A DNA stretch of 46,255 bases from Bacteroidales bacterium (GTDB lineage: Bacteria > Bacteroidota > Bacteroidia > Bacteroidales > P3): NCBI GenBank assembly GCA_045640925.1, contig JAZUFY010000155.1:1-46255 (forward strand). Reading direction: 5' to 3'. A model generated the notes under the pieces. The model was not told the origin of the DNA. It saw only the letters and a list, made by a program, of their open reading frames with translations, and searched no databases. Shown here one piece after another: positions 8,415-18,363 of this stretch; the first letter of the stretch is position 1; the number at the start of each line of letters is the position of its first letter. Made by a program: the position numbers and the translations under genes.

Positions 8415-10502
8415 ATGTATAGCAAAGCAGAATTAGAAGCTAAGGCACACATCGAACTGATGAATATTGCCAAAGAACTGGGTATAGCCCGCGCGACGAG
8501 GATGGAGGCCCAGGACCTTATCTACAAAATACTAACTGTACAATCGGAAAATCCCGCAGCTATCACAAAGGAGCAGGAGGCCAAACAGGCCGCCAAGAAG
8601 AACGACACCGAAGCAGGCGGACGCAAGAAACGTGCCCGACTGAAACCTGTGCTGGTGGCTGAATCGAATAGTCCCAACCCTGGCCGCAAAGACGGCGCCA
8701 AGTCTGCCAAAGGGCAGGGCAAACGAGTGACGGTGACTAACAAGAATCTGTTGTCGCCTGTTGATTTGAACGATTTTGATATAAATAGTGTGGTGTCGAC
8801 GCCCGAGGTGCCTGAAGTGCCCGAGATAGTGAGCCCGTCGGGCCGCCTGATACGTCGCAACAAGGCTGAGGCGAAGGCCGTGGAGGTTACTCCGACAGAC
8901 ACCGAAGTCAAAACCGAGGCAAAGCCCGACGAGGCTGACGTGAATAAAATCGAGAACAAGCCCGACAACGCTCCCGTAAAGCGCAAGCGTGGCCGCCCCA
9001 AGAAGAACGCCGACGAGCAGCCTAAGGCGACCCACAGTAAAGCCACTGAGGAGAAGCAACCAACAGAGGCTGAAGCCGCTCCCGAGCCGACAGCACCAAC
9101 AGCAGCAGAGGTCGCTCCCATGTCGGACGAGATTATGGTGCGTCCGTTTGAGAAATTTTTTAAGCAAAAAAACGACAACGAAGATGCCGACACCCCGAAG
9201 TCTGTTGCCGAAGAGCAGACCGTCAACACCGACAGCACCGAGACCCCTGCTGAAGCCGCAAACGAGAACAAAGAGGAGCGGGTGGAACGCAAGTTCAAGT
9301 GGAAAGACCGCCACAACTATTACGGTGAGAACCGAGAAGGGGCACAACAGGAGGCCAAACCTGTTAAGATCTATCCGTTCGACAATGAGGGCGTCATCGA
9401 GGCCGAGGGAGTGCTGGAACTTGCACCCGATGGCTTTGGTTTCCTCCGTTCATCGGACTACAACTACCTGGCTTCGCCCGACGACATTTATATTTCGCAA
9501 CAGATGGTGCGCATGTTCGGCCTGAAGACTGGCGACACTGTGCGCGGCATGGTTCGCCCGCCAAGGGAAAACGACAAGTATTTCGTTATGACGAAGCTGA
9601 TAGACATCAACGGTCTCTCGCCCAACCGTATCCGCGACAGGGTGCCGTTTGAGTCGCTCACACCTCTGTTCCCCGATGAGAAATTCAAACTGACAGGCCA
9701 TCCGGGGCAGACAATCTCCACCCGAATCATCGATATGTTCACCCCCATCGGAAAAGGCCAGCGAGGCCTTATCGTGGCTCAGCCCAAAACGGGTAAAACC
9801 ACGCTGCTGAAGGAGGTGGCCAACGCCATATCCTACAACCATCCCGAAGTGTATCTGATGGTGCTGCTGATAGACGAGCGTCCCGAAGAGGTGACCGACA
9901 TGCAGCGAAGCGTGAACGCCGAGGTGATAGCGTCGACCTTTGACGAGCCCGCCGACCGACATGTGCGCATTGCCAACATTGTGCTTGAAAAGGCCAAACG
10001 TATGACCGAATGTGGTCACGACGTGGTGATAGTGCTCGACTCCATAACACGTCTGGCACGAGCCTACAACACAGTACAGCCCGCTTCGGGCAAGGTGCTC
10101 TCCGGCGGTGTGGAGGCCAACGCATTGCAGAAACCCAAGCGTTTCTTCGGCGCGGCACGCAACATTGAGAACGGCGGTTCTCTGACCATCATAGCCACAG
10201 CCCTCACCGAGACGGGCAGCAAGATGGACGATGTTATCTTTGAAGAGTTTAAGGGCACGGGCAACATGGAGCTGCAACTCGACCGCAAGATGGCTAACAA
10301 ACGTCTATATCCTGCCGTCGACCTGGTGGCTTCGAGCACCCGCCGCGACGAACTGCTGCTGCCGCAGAATGTGCTGAACAGAATCCTGGTCTTGCGCAAT
10401 CAACTGACCGATATGACCCCCATTGAGGCCATGGAGTTCTTGCAGAAGAATATGCGCAATACCCACACCAATGAGGAATTTCTGTTTACGATGGATAAAT
10501 AG
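8415..10502 (+). CDS. rho: Transcription termination factor Rho with an N-terminal low-complexity insertion of about 270 aa
   Basis: 695 aa. Walker [13 protein letters not shown]; the C-terminal RecA-type core reads through cleanly ([26 protein letters not shown]). Residues of about 45-320 are K/E/A/P/T-rich low complexity. Confidence 0.95.
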   Translation: MYSKAELEAKAHIELMNIAKELGIARATRMEAQDLIYKILTVQSENPAAITKEQEAKQAAKKNDTEAGGRKKRARLKPVLVAESNSPNPGRKDGAKSAKGQGKRVTVTNKNLLSPVDLNDFDINSVVSTPEVPEVPEIVSPSGRLIRRNKAEAKAVEVTPTDTEVKTEAKPDEADVNKIENKPDNAPVKRKRGRPKKNADEQPKATHSKATEEKQPTEAEAAPEPTAPTAAEVAPMSDEIMVRPFEKFFKQKNDNEDADTPKSVAEEQTVNTDSTETPAEAANENKEERVERKFKWKDRHNYYGENREGAQQEAKPVKIYPFDNEGVIEAEGVLELAPDGFGFLRSSDYNYLASPDDIYISQQMVRMFGLKTGDTVRGMVRPPRENDKYFVMTKLIDINGLSPNRIRDRVPFESLTPLFPDEKFKLTGHPGQTISTRIIDMFTPIGKGQRGLIVAQPKTGKTTLLKEVANAISYNHPEVYLMVLLIDERPEEVTDMQRSVNAEVIASTFDEPADRHVRIANIVLEKAKRMTECGHDVVIVLDSITRLARAYNTVQPASGKVLSGGVEANALQKPKRFFGAARNIENGGSLTIIATALTETGSKMDDVIFEEFKGTGNMELQLDRKMANKRLYPAVDLVASSTRRDELLLPQNVLNRILVLRNQLTDMTPIEAMEFLQKNMRNTHTNEEFLFTMDK

Positions 10503-10509
10503 TGGGTGT

Positions 10510-10544
10510 GAGAATTGAAAATTGAGAATTGAGAATTGAGAATT
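10510..10544 (+). repeat. 5 x 7-bp tandem repeat (gagaatt/gaaaatt) directly after the rho stop
   Basis: Units at 10510, 10517, 10524, 10531 and 10538. Confidence 0.9.
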
Positions 10545-10553
10545 GGGCGGGAG

Positions 10554-10635
10554 CCACCTAATCACAAGCCACCTAATCACAAGCCACTAATCACAAGTCA
10601 CTAATCACAAATCACATCTCACATTTCACAAAAAG
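10554..10635 (+). promoter_or_regulatory. C-rich, G-poor tandem-repeat tract (rut-like) between rho and ltaE
   Basis: ccacctaatcacaag x2, then ccactaatcacaag, tcactaatcacaaa, and tcacatctcacatttcacaaaaa. My hand count is 28 C against 3 G in 81 nt. Confidence 0.35.
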
Positions 10636-10644
10636 TAGATCTTT

Positions 10645-11667
10645 ATGAAACGCGGTTTTGGAAGCGATAATCATTCGGGCATCAGTCCCGAGATTTTGGA
10701 GGCAATAACAAAGGCCAATGTGGAACACGCATTGGCCTATGGCGATGACGAATATTGCCAACGGACGGAAGAAGTTTTCCGTCAGACTTTCGGCGAACAG
10801 GCTCGTGTGTATTTTGTTTTCAACGGCACGGGGGCCAATGTGCTCAATATTGACGCTATGTGTCGTTCGCACCACGCGGTAGTGTGCGCCGAGACGGCCC
10901 ATATCAACGTGGATGAATGTGGTGCACCTCAACGCATTGTTGGCTGCAAACTGCTCACCGTGCTTACCCCTGACGGTAAGCTGACACCCGAACTTGTGAA
11001 GACACAGCTGCACGGCTTCGGCTTCGAGCACCACTCGCAACCCAGAGCCATCAGCATAGCCCAGTCCACAGAGTTGGGTACCCTGTACACCCTCAATGAG
11101 ATTCGCGCCCTGGCCGATTTGGCACATTCATATAATATGTACCTACACATGGACGGGGCACGACTGGCCAATGCGGCTGTGGCATTGGGATGTACCTTCA
11201 AGGAGATGACCACAGATTGCGGCGTGGACTGCCTCTCGTTTGGCGGTACCAAGAACGGGCTGCTGATGGGGGAAAGTTGTGTGCTGCTCAATCCCGCACT
11301 GGATGTGGACATGAAATACCGACGCAAGCAGATGTCGCAGTTGTGTAGCAAGATGCGTTTCATAGCCGTGCAATTTGAGACCTACCTCACTACCGATTTG
11401 TGGCGTCGCAACGCCGAGCACAGCAACCGTATGGCTCAACTGCTGTACGAGTCGTTGCAGGATATTCCAGAAGTGAAGGTAATGTACCCCGTGCAGGTGA
11501 ACAGCGTTTTCGCACAGCTGCCACACGAAGTGTGGACCAAGTTGTTGGACGACTATTTCTTCTATGATTGGGATGAGGCTAACGATGAGGTGCGCTGGAT
11601 GTGCTCGTTCGACACCACGGAAGAGGATATCAATAATTTCGTAGCCGCACTGAAACGATTGCTTTAG
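10645..11667 (+). CDS. ltaE: Low-specificity L-threonine aldolase (PLP-dependent, beta-eliminating lyase family)
   Basis: 340 aa. N-terminal FGSDNHSGISPEILEAI and the lysine region SFGGTKNG are typical of threonine aldolases. Confidence 0.85.
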   Translation: MKRGFGSDNHSGISPEILEAITKANVEHALAYGDDEYCQRTEEVFRQTFGEQARVYFVFNGTGANVLNIDAMCRSHHAVVCAETAHINVDECGAPQRIVGCKLLTVLTPDGKLTPELVKTQLHGFGFEHHSQPRAISIAQSTELGTLYTLNEIRALADLAHSYNMYLHMDGARLANAAVALGCTFKEMTTDCGVDCLSFGGTKNGLLMGESCVLLNPALDVDMKYRRKQMSQLCSKMRFIAVQFETYLTTDLWRRNAEHSNRMAQLLYESLQDIPEVKVMYPVQVNSVFAQLPHEVWTKLLDDYFFYDWDEANDEVRWMCSFDTTEEDINNFVAALKRLL

Positions 11668-11728
11668 TGAAGAGACAGGCTGAGTGAAAGGACAGGGTTG
11701 GAAAAGCGTCTGTTTTAGATGCCAATAA

Positions 11729-13201
11729 TCATCTGTTCAATATGATGCGGAAGACGGTGCCTTCGCCTTCGACGGAGTATTTTACAAAGATACGGCCTCG
11801 GTGATAGTCTTCGATGATGCGCTTTGCCAACGAAAGTCCGAGACCCCAACCACGTTGCTTGGTCGTAAAGCCTGAATCGAAAATCTTTTTCTGCACAGAA
11901 GAGGACATGCCCTTGCCCGTGTCGGAAAGGTCGATGTAGATATGATGGGTGTCGGCAGAGGCCACAACGGTGAACGTGCCTACACCGTTCATGGCATCGA
12001 TGGCGTTCTTGCAGATGTTTTCGATCACCCACTCAAAGAGGTAGCTGTTGATGGGTACACAGAGTTCCTCCTCGGGGAAATTGGTGACAAATTTGATTTT
12101 GCGTGAACTGCGTGTCTGCAAATAATTTATGGCATTCTGGATGGTGATGCACACGTTCTCCTCCTTCAATTCGGGAACTGATCCGATCTTGGAGAAACGA
12201 TGCGTAACCGTCTCCAAACGCTGGAGATCCTTGTTGATTTCGGCGGCATATTTTTCGTCGTAAGTCTTCCCTTCGAGGTATTGCGACCACGCCATCAGGG
12301 AGGATATGGGGGTGCCCAATTGATGGGCCGTTTCTTTGGCCATGCCCACCCAAATACGGTTCTGTTCCATGGTATGGGCGGTACGGAAAAGATAATAGCT
12401 GATGATTAGCAGTACAAAGAGGATGAAAAGATAGAGCAGCGGGACCCATTTGAGCGATTTGAGCAGGGGAGTGTTCTCGTAGAAAAGATAAGCTCGCTGA
12501 CTGTCGGGAAGGCGTATTTCAATAGGCGTGTTTTCCTCCTCCATCTCGCACAACTTTTCGGAGAGTCGGTCAGCGGTAGCATATTCACGCTCATTGATGT
12601 TTCCGCTGCCCAACACCCTGCCTTGCAGACTGTCGACGATGAGCACGGGAACAAACACCGAATTGTTAGTGATTTCGGATAGGAATGACTCGCTGAAGCC
12701 GTCGAGCACATGACGCAAATCAGTATAAATTCTTGACTCTTTATAGTATAAAGTCATCGGCATACCCCAAATGCGGTAGTGGAAAGGCTGGTTGTGGGAA
12801 AAATCTTCGAGCAACTTCCCACGCAATTTCTGTCCTGCAAGTTCTTGTGGTACAGTGATGACAGAGTCACGGTCGGTGATGATGATGTCCGTTTCGCTGC
12901 TGTCGATAATGTAGCGCACATAGTCAAGACTGAAATCGGCCTCGCCCATATCCATTTGGTCGAAAGAGCGCAGGATGTTGGTATACAACTCCATTTTACG
13001 GTGCTCGTCGAGGGCCACTTGCGAGAAAAACTCCTCGGAATAGTTGACCAGCTGGGCCTTCTGGCTGATAGCATTGGCCCAAAGCTTCACTTTTTCCAGT
13101 TCGGATTTGCGTATCTGGTTTGAGATATTGTTGATCTCAAAGAGCGCAAAAGCGGCCATGAGAACCGTAACAGCAAGTATTATCCATTTCGCTTTCTTCA
13201 T
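11729..13201 (-). CDS. Sensor histidine kinase; no partner response regulator in the window
   Basis: The likely start is ATG 13201 (MKKAKWIILAVTVLMAAF, a TM helix), not the track start at 13309. H-box ETAHQLGTPISSL, N-box ENICKNAIDAM, G-boxes DLSDTGKGM and GWGLGLSLAK. The start is 1 bp after the upstream gene's stop. Confidence 0.9.
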   Translation of the reverse strand: MKKAKWIILAVTVLMAAFALFEINNISNQIRKSELEKVKLWANAISQKAQLVNYSEEFFSQVALDEHRKMELYTNILRSFDQMDMGEADFSLDYVRYIIDSSETDIIITDRDSVITVPQELAGQKLRGKLLEDFSHNQPFHYRIWGMPMTLYYKESRIYTDLRHVLDGFSESFLSEITNNSVFVPVLIVDSLQGRVLGSGNINEREYATADRLSEKLCEMEEENTPIEIRLPDSQRAYLFYENTPLLKSLKWVPLLYLFILFVLLIISYYLFRTAHTMEQNRIWVGMAKETAHQLGTPISSLMAWSQYLEGKTYDEKYAAEINKDLQRLETVTHRFSKIGSVPELKEENVCITIQNAINYLQTRSSRKIKFVTNFPEEELCVPINSYLFEWVIENICKNAIDAMNGVGTFTVVASADTHHIYIDLSDTGKGMSSSVQKKIFDSGFTTKQRGWGLGLSLAKRIIEDYHRGRIFVKYSVEGEGTVFRIILNR

Positions 13202-13202
13202 G

Positions 13203-14423
13203 TTAGTCGAATTTGATACTCTTGGCGGGGTCGATGCGGGAGATGTAGGAGGTGGGGACAAGCAGGGCCAAAAGACATACGGCGATAGTGCCGATACTGA
13301 TGGCCACAAATATCCACCCGTTGAGGGCTATTGGAACGTAATCCATTGAATAGCTGGCACTATCGAGATGAATGAGGTGAAAATGTTTCTGCACCAGACA
13401 AAGAATCAAAGCAACAATATCACCCAGGAGGATACCCTTGCCGATGATGGAGGCCGATTTGATGAGGAAGATGTTGCGGATGCCTTTGTTGTCGGTGCCC
13501 AAGGCTTTTAGGATGCCGATAGTGGAGGTCTTTTCAAAAATCATGATGAGGAGGGCAGAGACAATAGAAACAATACACACGAGCATCATGATGGTGATAA
13601 TGAGGAAGATGTTGCTGTCGAGAAGGTCGAGCCAAGAAAACAGGGCAGGGTTCTGTTCGACAATGGTTGTGAGGGTGAGGTCATAGCCGAGTTGCTGGAG
13701 AATGAGCTGCGAGATGTTGTCCAAATGAGCGAAATCATCTACCAAAACCTCATAACCTGCCACCATGGTGCTGTCCCATTCGTTGAGGCGCTGCACTTGT
13801 CGCAAATCGCCCACAATGTAGTGCTCGTCGAAATCGGCAAGGTCGGTGTTGTAGATGCCGCACACCTCGAAAGCTCGTGCACGATATGTCGTTCCCTGCC
13901 AGAAATATGTGCGAACCTTATCGCCGATTGTGAGGTGCAATTTGTTTGCCACAGTTTGAGAAACAACAATCTCGTTTGAAGGTTTGTCCTCGGGAAAAGA
14001 GAAGAGGCTGCCCTCCACAAGATTGCCTGCAAAAAAGGTGGTGTCGAAACCGCTATCCACCCCCTTGAAGATGATGCCGTGGATCTGGTCCTCGGTCTTG
14101 ATCATTCCCCCTTTGTCGGCAAAGAATTGGAGATGCTTTACCCCTGGGGTGTTGAGAATACGCTGCACCTCAGGACGTTGGTTGCTAATGGGCTGTTCCT
14201 CGTAGGTGTTGCCCATAGCATAGCCCTTGACGATAATGTGGGAGCCGAAACCGACCACTTTCTGCCGTATCTCGCCCTGAAAACCACGGAGGATACACAC
14301 CGACATCACCATCACAAGCACTCCCAAGGCTATGCTGCATGTGGCGATAGTCACCAAAGGGCCAGAATAGGAATTCCGGTCCTTTGGTAAAAAACGCCGT
14401 GCTATAAAACGTTCAAATGACAT
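13203..14423 (-). CDS. FtsX/LolC/LolE-family ABC transporter permease
   Basis: 406 aa. N-terminal FIARRFL...TM helix, a large periplasmic loop, then three C-terminal TM helices (FtsX-like topology). Confidence 0.8.
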   Translation of the reverse strand: MSFERFIARRFLPKDRNSYSGPLVTIATCSIALGVLVMVMSVCILRGFQGEIRQKVVGFGSHIIVKGYAMGNTYEEQPISNQRPEVQRILNTPGVKHLQFFADKGGMIKTEDQIHGIIFKGVDSGFDTTFFAGNLVEGSLFSFPEDKPSNEIVVSQTVANKLHLTIGDKVRTYFWQGTTYRARAFEVCGIYNTDLADFDEHYIVGDLRQVQRLNEWDSTMVAGYEVLVDDFAHLDNISQLILQQLGYDLTLTTIVEQNPALFSWLDLLDSNIFLIITIMMLVCIVSIVSALLIMIFEKTSTIGILKALGTDNKGIRNIFLIKSASIIGKGILLGDIVALILCLVQKHFHLIHLDSASYSMDYVPIALNGWIFVAISIGTIAVCLLALLVPTSYISRIDPAKSIKFD

Positions 14424-14444
14424 TATATTCTATTGAACCAACCA

Positions 14445-15206
14445 TTAAAAAGCGGTTGCGATGCCGATGAAGTCTTCGGCTTTGAGCGATGCGCCACCGA
14501 TGAGGCCACCGTCAACGTCGGGATTGGCGAAGAGTTCCTTAGCGTTGCTGGGCTTGCAGCTTCCGCCGTAGAGGATGCTGGTTTCGTCGGCCACCTCTTT
14601 GCCGTATTTTTCAGCGATGAGGCCGCGGATGAAGGCGTGCATCTCCTGAGCCTGCTCGGGAGTGGCGGTCTTGCCTGTACCGATAGCCCAGACGGGTTCG
14701 TAGGCAATGATGATGTCGGAGAACTGCTCGGCAGTGAGGTGGAAAAGGCCATCGGTGATCTGCTTCTTCACCACGTCGAACTGTTTGTTGGCCTCACGTT
14801 CATCGAGAACCTCGCCACAGCAGACGATAGGACGGATGTTGTGTTTGAGCAACTGGTCGACCTTGCGGGCAACGATTTCGTCGGTTTCGTGGTAATAGGC
14901 GCGACGCTCGGAGTGTCCTACGATGCAGTAGTCCAATTCCATAGACTCGAGCATGGAGGCAGAAACCTCGCCCGTGTAAGCACCGCTCTCCTGATCGCTG
15001 ACGTTCTGGGCACCCACGGCGAAATAAGACTCGTCGCTATAGTCCGAAGCCATTTCCAAGAAAGGGAAAGGAGGGCAGATAATCATCTGAGTGTTAGCGT
15101 CGAGGGTGACTTCTTCCAGTTTGTCCATGATGCCGCTGATAAGGTCGTCGGCCTCGCTGAAAGTCTTGTTCATTTTCCAGTTTCCTGCAACAATGTGTTT
15201 TCTCAT
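14445..15206 (-). CDS. tpiA: Triosephosphate isomerase
   Basis: 253 aa. [31 protein letters not shown]. Confidence 0.95.
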   Translation of the reverse strand: MRKHIVAGNWKMNKTFSEADDLISGIMDKLEEVTLDANTQMIICPPFPFLEMASDYSDESYFAVGAQNVSDQESGAYTGEVSASMLESMELDYCIVGHSERRAYYHETDEIVARKVDQLLKHNIRPIVCCGEVLDEREANKQFDVVKKQITDGLFHLTAEQFSDIIIAYEPVWAIGTGKTATPEQAQEMHAFIRGLIAEKYGKEVADETSILYGGSCKPSNAKELFANPDVDGGLIGGASLKAEDFIGIATAF

Positions 15207-15234
15207 AGTCGTTGTAATTTAATTTGTTATACTT

Positions 15235-16659
15235 TTATTTTTTGTGTTTTTCCTTCTCGTGGCGCTCCAGGAATGGGATAATTGCGTTGGTTGGGAGCAC
15301 CTTGTTCATAATAATGTGGCGGGTTTCGTCGAGGATGATCATCGTGGGAGCGCCGTGGATGTTGTAGGCATCCTGATAATCGATGTTGACATTGGGTCCG
15401 CCCACATTCACAAAGGGGAGCTGATGGTCACGCACATATTTCTTCCATTTGTTTACATCGGCCTCATAGCCAACGGCATAAACCTCGAAAATCTTGTTTC
15501 CCGCAGCCGAAAGCGAGTCGTAGAGGGTCTTCAACGTGGCCGTTTGTTCCTGACAATGGTGGCAGTCGGGATCCCAAAACCAGAGGATGACATACTTTTG
15601 AGGGAATCGGTGCGAGGAAATCCAATCTGCGGGATTGGGCGACTGGTTGGTGTCGGCCATGAAAAGCTCTTTGCCATAGGCACCTATGAGCGACTGCTCC
15701 AAAAACTCCACACTCTGACGTTTGTTGGTGATTTCGCTTTGTGTGGCCCAGCTGCATTTGCCCGTAAGATAGTATTGGCGCACGAGGTAGCACCACGCCG
15801 CATCCCAACCTATATTCTTGGTAGAGCGATAGTAACGCGGCATGATAAAGTCCATAAAATAGCGCAGCATGAGGGTGTCGTTCTCGATTTTGTGGAGCAC
15901 TTTGTCGGCATACTTGGTAATGGTGTCGGTATCGGCATGATAAAGAACGCCGAAGAAATAATAGTTCATCTTGTTGAACAAATCGGGCGTGTATACCAAA
16001 CTATGGTCTTTGAAATCGACACCGTCCCAATAATGCTCACGCGAGTAGGCGGCCTTGGCATCATCGGGGATTGATTCGGGCACCTCGCTGCCTTTGAACA
16101 TATCTAACAGTTGGAAAAAACGATACTTTATATTGTCTTTTATAAAGTTGTTCTCGAAGTCGATCATCGTCTTGGAGAGGGCCTCCATCTCGGCCTCGGC
16201 TGCGGCTTTTTCCTTCTCATCGGTCGATTTTTTACGCTTCTCGATGTCGCGAGCCTGAGCACGGGCCTCGTTGAAACGCTTCATGTAGGTGAACATGGCC
16301 ACATTGGCGGGGGATCCCTTGATGTCGCGAGCGGGGTCGGCAACCTCATTGCTGGCATTGAGCACGAAAGAGAATTTCTGCGAACCGTCTATGGCAAAAT
16401 CTATTAGCCCCTTTTTCGCCCCCTTGGTATAAAGTGCATAAATGCCCGTCTCAAACTTGCGGCTGCCCTTGAACGTGTAGCTGCCCTTGCTGTCCCTCAC
16501 GGTGCTGTCGAGGGTGACAAACTGGTCGCGGTAGTGCTGCCCGAGATAGAGCACAGAGTCTTTCTGCTCAGGGATTTGGAATGAAATCTCATACTTCTGC
16601 GCCTTGGCGAAGGGCAGGAGTGCGAGAACGAGGATTGCGGTTACAAAAACTCTTTTCAT
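15235..16659 (-). CDS. Secreted thioredoxin-fold (TlpA/AhpC-like) protein with an N-terminal DUF5106-like domain
   Basis: CxxC redox motif WFWDPDCHHCQEQT. The preferred start is ATG 16659 (MKRVFVTAILVLALLPFAKAQ, a signal peptide), because it avoids overlap with the upstream stop at 16667. The track start is 16686. Confidence 0.8.
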   Translation of the reverse strand: MKRVFVTAILVLALLPFAKAQKYEISFQIPEQKDSVLYLGQHYRDQFVTLDSTVRDSKGSYTFKGSRKFETGIYALYTKGAKKGLIDFAIDGSQKFSFVLNASNEVADPARDIKGSPANVAMFTYMKRFNEARAQARDIEKRKKSTDEKEKAAAEAEMEALSKTMIDFENNFIKDNIKYRFFQLLDMFKGSEVPESIPDDAKAAYSREHYWDGVDFKDHSLVYTPDLFNKMNYYFFGVLYHADTDTITKYADKVLHKIENDTLMLRYFMDFIMPRYYRSTKNIGWDAAWCYLVRQYYLTGKCSWATQSEITNKRQSVEFLEQSLIGAYGKELFMADTNQSPNPADWISSHRFPQKYVILWFWDPDCHHCQEQTATLKTLYDSLSAAGNKIFEVYAVGYEADVNKWKKYVRDHQLPFVNVGGPNVNIDYQDAYNIHGAPTMIILDETRHIIMNKVLPTNAIIPFLERHEKEKHKK

Positions 16660-16666
16660 ATTCGGT

Positions 16667-17881
16667 TTATTTGTTATATTTGTCAATAATAAGTGTTGCC
16701 ACGATAGTTACGTTGATGTTACTTGTCGGGTCGTTGTTGAAATAGGGGGCCGAGAAGGGGCATATCTGGTAAGCCACACCAAAGCCCAAGTCGAGCAAAC
16801 CCCACCGCACAAGGCCGTCGAAACCTGTGGCTGGCTCGAACACACCCATGTAGGGAGCCTGCAACTGAAGTCCGTCATAGAGGCGCGAACCGTCATCGTT
16901 ACCGTCAAACAACGTGCCCCATAGCGCGTTTATTTGAAGGAAAGGTTTAGGTTTCGACCAACTCAAATCCCACAGAGGCATCGGGGCTGTGTAGTTGAGG
17001 CAGAGGTGGGCGAAAAGATTTGTCGTGAAAGTGTTGGGGCGGATGGTGAGGAACGTGTTCTTGAAAAAATAGAGAGTGGAACCCGTGCCCGAAACGTCGA
17101 ACATGCGGCTGTAAGGGGTGCCCGAGGTGGCCAACCCTATCTGCCCGAAGAGGTTGAAGCCGTAGTCGCCCACAGGGGCATCGTATTGGAGCAGCGACCG
17201 GAGGTAGTAGTGCTCCGCGAGGTCGTACATACGTCCCCCACGGATGTCCAGAATGAGCTTTTTGCGCCAGTCGGCCCTGACATTCAGCTCGGTATAACTG
17301 TTCACAGGAGCTTGTTCGGCTGGGTCGAGGGTGGGGTAGAGGAGGCCGAAGTTGTTGAAGCGGCAATCCTCCCACGTCTGCCTCAGCTTGAAGGTGAGTT
17401 CAAGCGAATGCATAGGATTGTAAATCAGGCCGAAAGCGGCACCCTTCACACCCATGTAGCGCGAAGCCACATAACCCGTATTGTAGTCGGTGGAGAGCAT
17501 CTGATAGGGGCTCAAGCGGCGTGAGGCGGCCTGTTCCAAGTCCTTGAAACCCTCGAGGCGGAGCCTCACATCGCCCCTGCCAGGGAGGCGAAGCTGCACC
17601 GATCCGCCAAACTTGAAATCGCGGTCGAAAGTGCTGTAGGCCCCGTAGCCTTGAAAGCGCCACTGGCCCAGATAATGCCTCTGAACCTCGGCGGATTCGT
17701 TAGGAACGACCCATGTGAGGCCCAATTCGAAGCGCGAACGCTCATAAAGATTGAAGTTGAAAAAGCGGTCGGCATCGAAATATAGTGCCGTGGGCGCACC
17801 ATATTTTGTGAGCCTTATGCTCTGAGCCCCAACCAGTAAAGGCAGGAAGAGCAGCACTAATATGACAATCTTTTTCAACAT
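16667..17881 (-). CDS. Hypothetical secreted protein, possibly an outer-membrane beta-barrel
   Basis: 404 aa. Signal peptide MLKKIVILVLLFLPLLVGAQ. Aromatic/Gly-rich alternating composition. I recognised no catalytic motif. Confidence 0.6.
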   Translation of the reverse strand: MLKKIVILVLLFLPLLVGAQSIRLTKYGAPTALYFDADRFFNFNLYERSRFELGLTWVVPNESAEVQRHYLGQWRFQGYGAYSTFDRDFKFGGSVQLRLPGRGDVRLRLEGFKDLEQAASRRLSPYQMLSTDYNTGYVASRYMGVKGAAFGLIYNPMHSLELTFKLRQTWEDCRFNNFGLLYPTLDPAEQAPVNSYTELNVRADWRKKLILDIRGGRMYDLAEHYYLRSLLQYDAPVGDYGFNLFGQIGLATSGTPYSRMFDVSGTGSTLYFFKNTFLTIRPNTFTTNLFAHLCLNYTAPMPLWDLSWSKPKPFLQINALWGTLFDGNDDGSRLYDGLQLQAPYMGVFEPATGFDGLVRWGLLDLGFGVAYQICPFSAPYFNNDPTSNINVTIVATLIIDKYNK

Positions 17882-17906
17882 ACGGTTTTCAAATTAATGT
17901 AATTTG

Positions 17907-17914
17907 CAAAGATA
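17907..17914 (-). promoter_or_regulatory. -7 box TATCTTTG for the 16667..17881 operon
   Basis: The reverse complement of caaagata is TATCTTTG, 25 nt upstream of ATG 17881. Confidence 0.55.
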
Positions 17915-18090
17915 CGAATAATTATTGATATATAGAAAAATATTTTCGATGTTTTTGAGCTGTTTTTTTTGATGCCTGAAAAAGAGGAGCATCCGTCCCT
18001 GAGCAAACCTTGAATAAATACCCCCCGACCCTTGGTTGAAGGAGGGATAGAAGAACCCCCGTAGCTGGTTCCTATATTCTCCCAAGTGCT

Positions 18091-18222
18091 TGCGACATGC
18101 TTCCGATATGCTTCCCATATCCTTGCGATATGCTTCCGATAAATTATATCGCAATCATATCGGAAGCATGTCGGAAGCATATTGCAAGCATATCGGAAGG
18201 ATATGGGCGTATATAGGAAGCG
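18091..18222. repeat. Convergent array of a 13-mer: three ATGCTTCCGATAT-like copies followed by three or four ATATCGGAAGCAT-like copies
   Basis: Top-strand copies at 18097, 18108 and 18129. Complementary copies at 18157, 18170, 18190 and 18211 (degenerate). 18091-18110 pairs 19/20 with 18156-18175. The reverse complement of 18115-18134 matches 18188-18207 at 19/20. Confidence 0.85.
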
Positions 18223-18292
18223 TGAAAGAGGTGGCAGTAATGTTGTTGATAATTTTTGTTTGAAAAAAATCGCTATTTTCAAAAAAAAGTCG

Positions 18293-18300
18293 TATCTTTG
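18293..18300 (+). promoter_or_regulatory. -7 box TATCTTTG for lpdA
   Basis: tatctttg lies 63 nt upstream of ATG 18364. Confidence 0.55.
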
Positions 18301-18363
18301 CAATTTGGTAATTTGCGAAAAAGTAAAAGAAAATAAATATATATAATACAAAAACAATAAACT

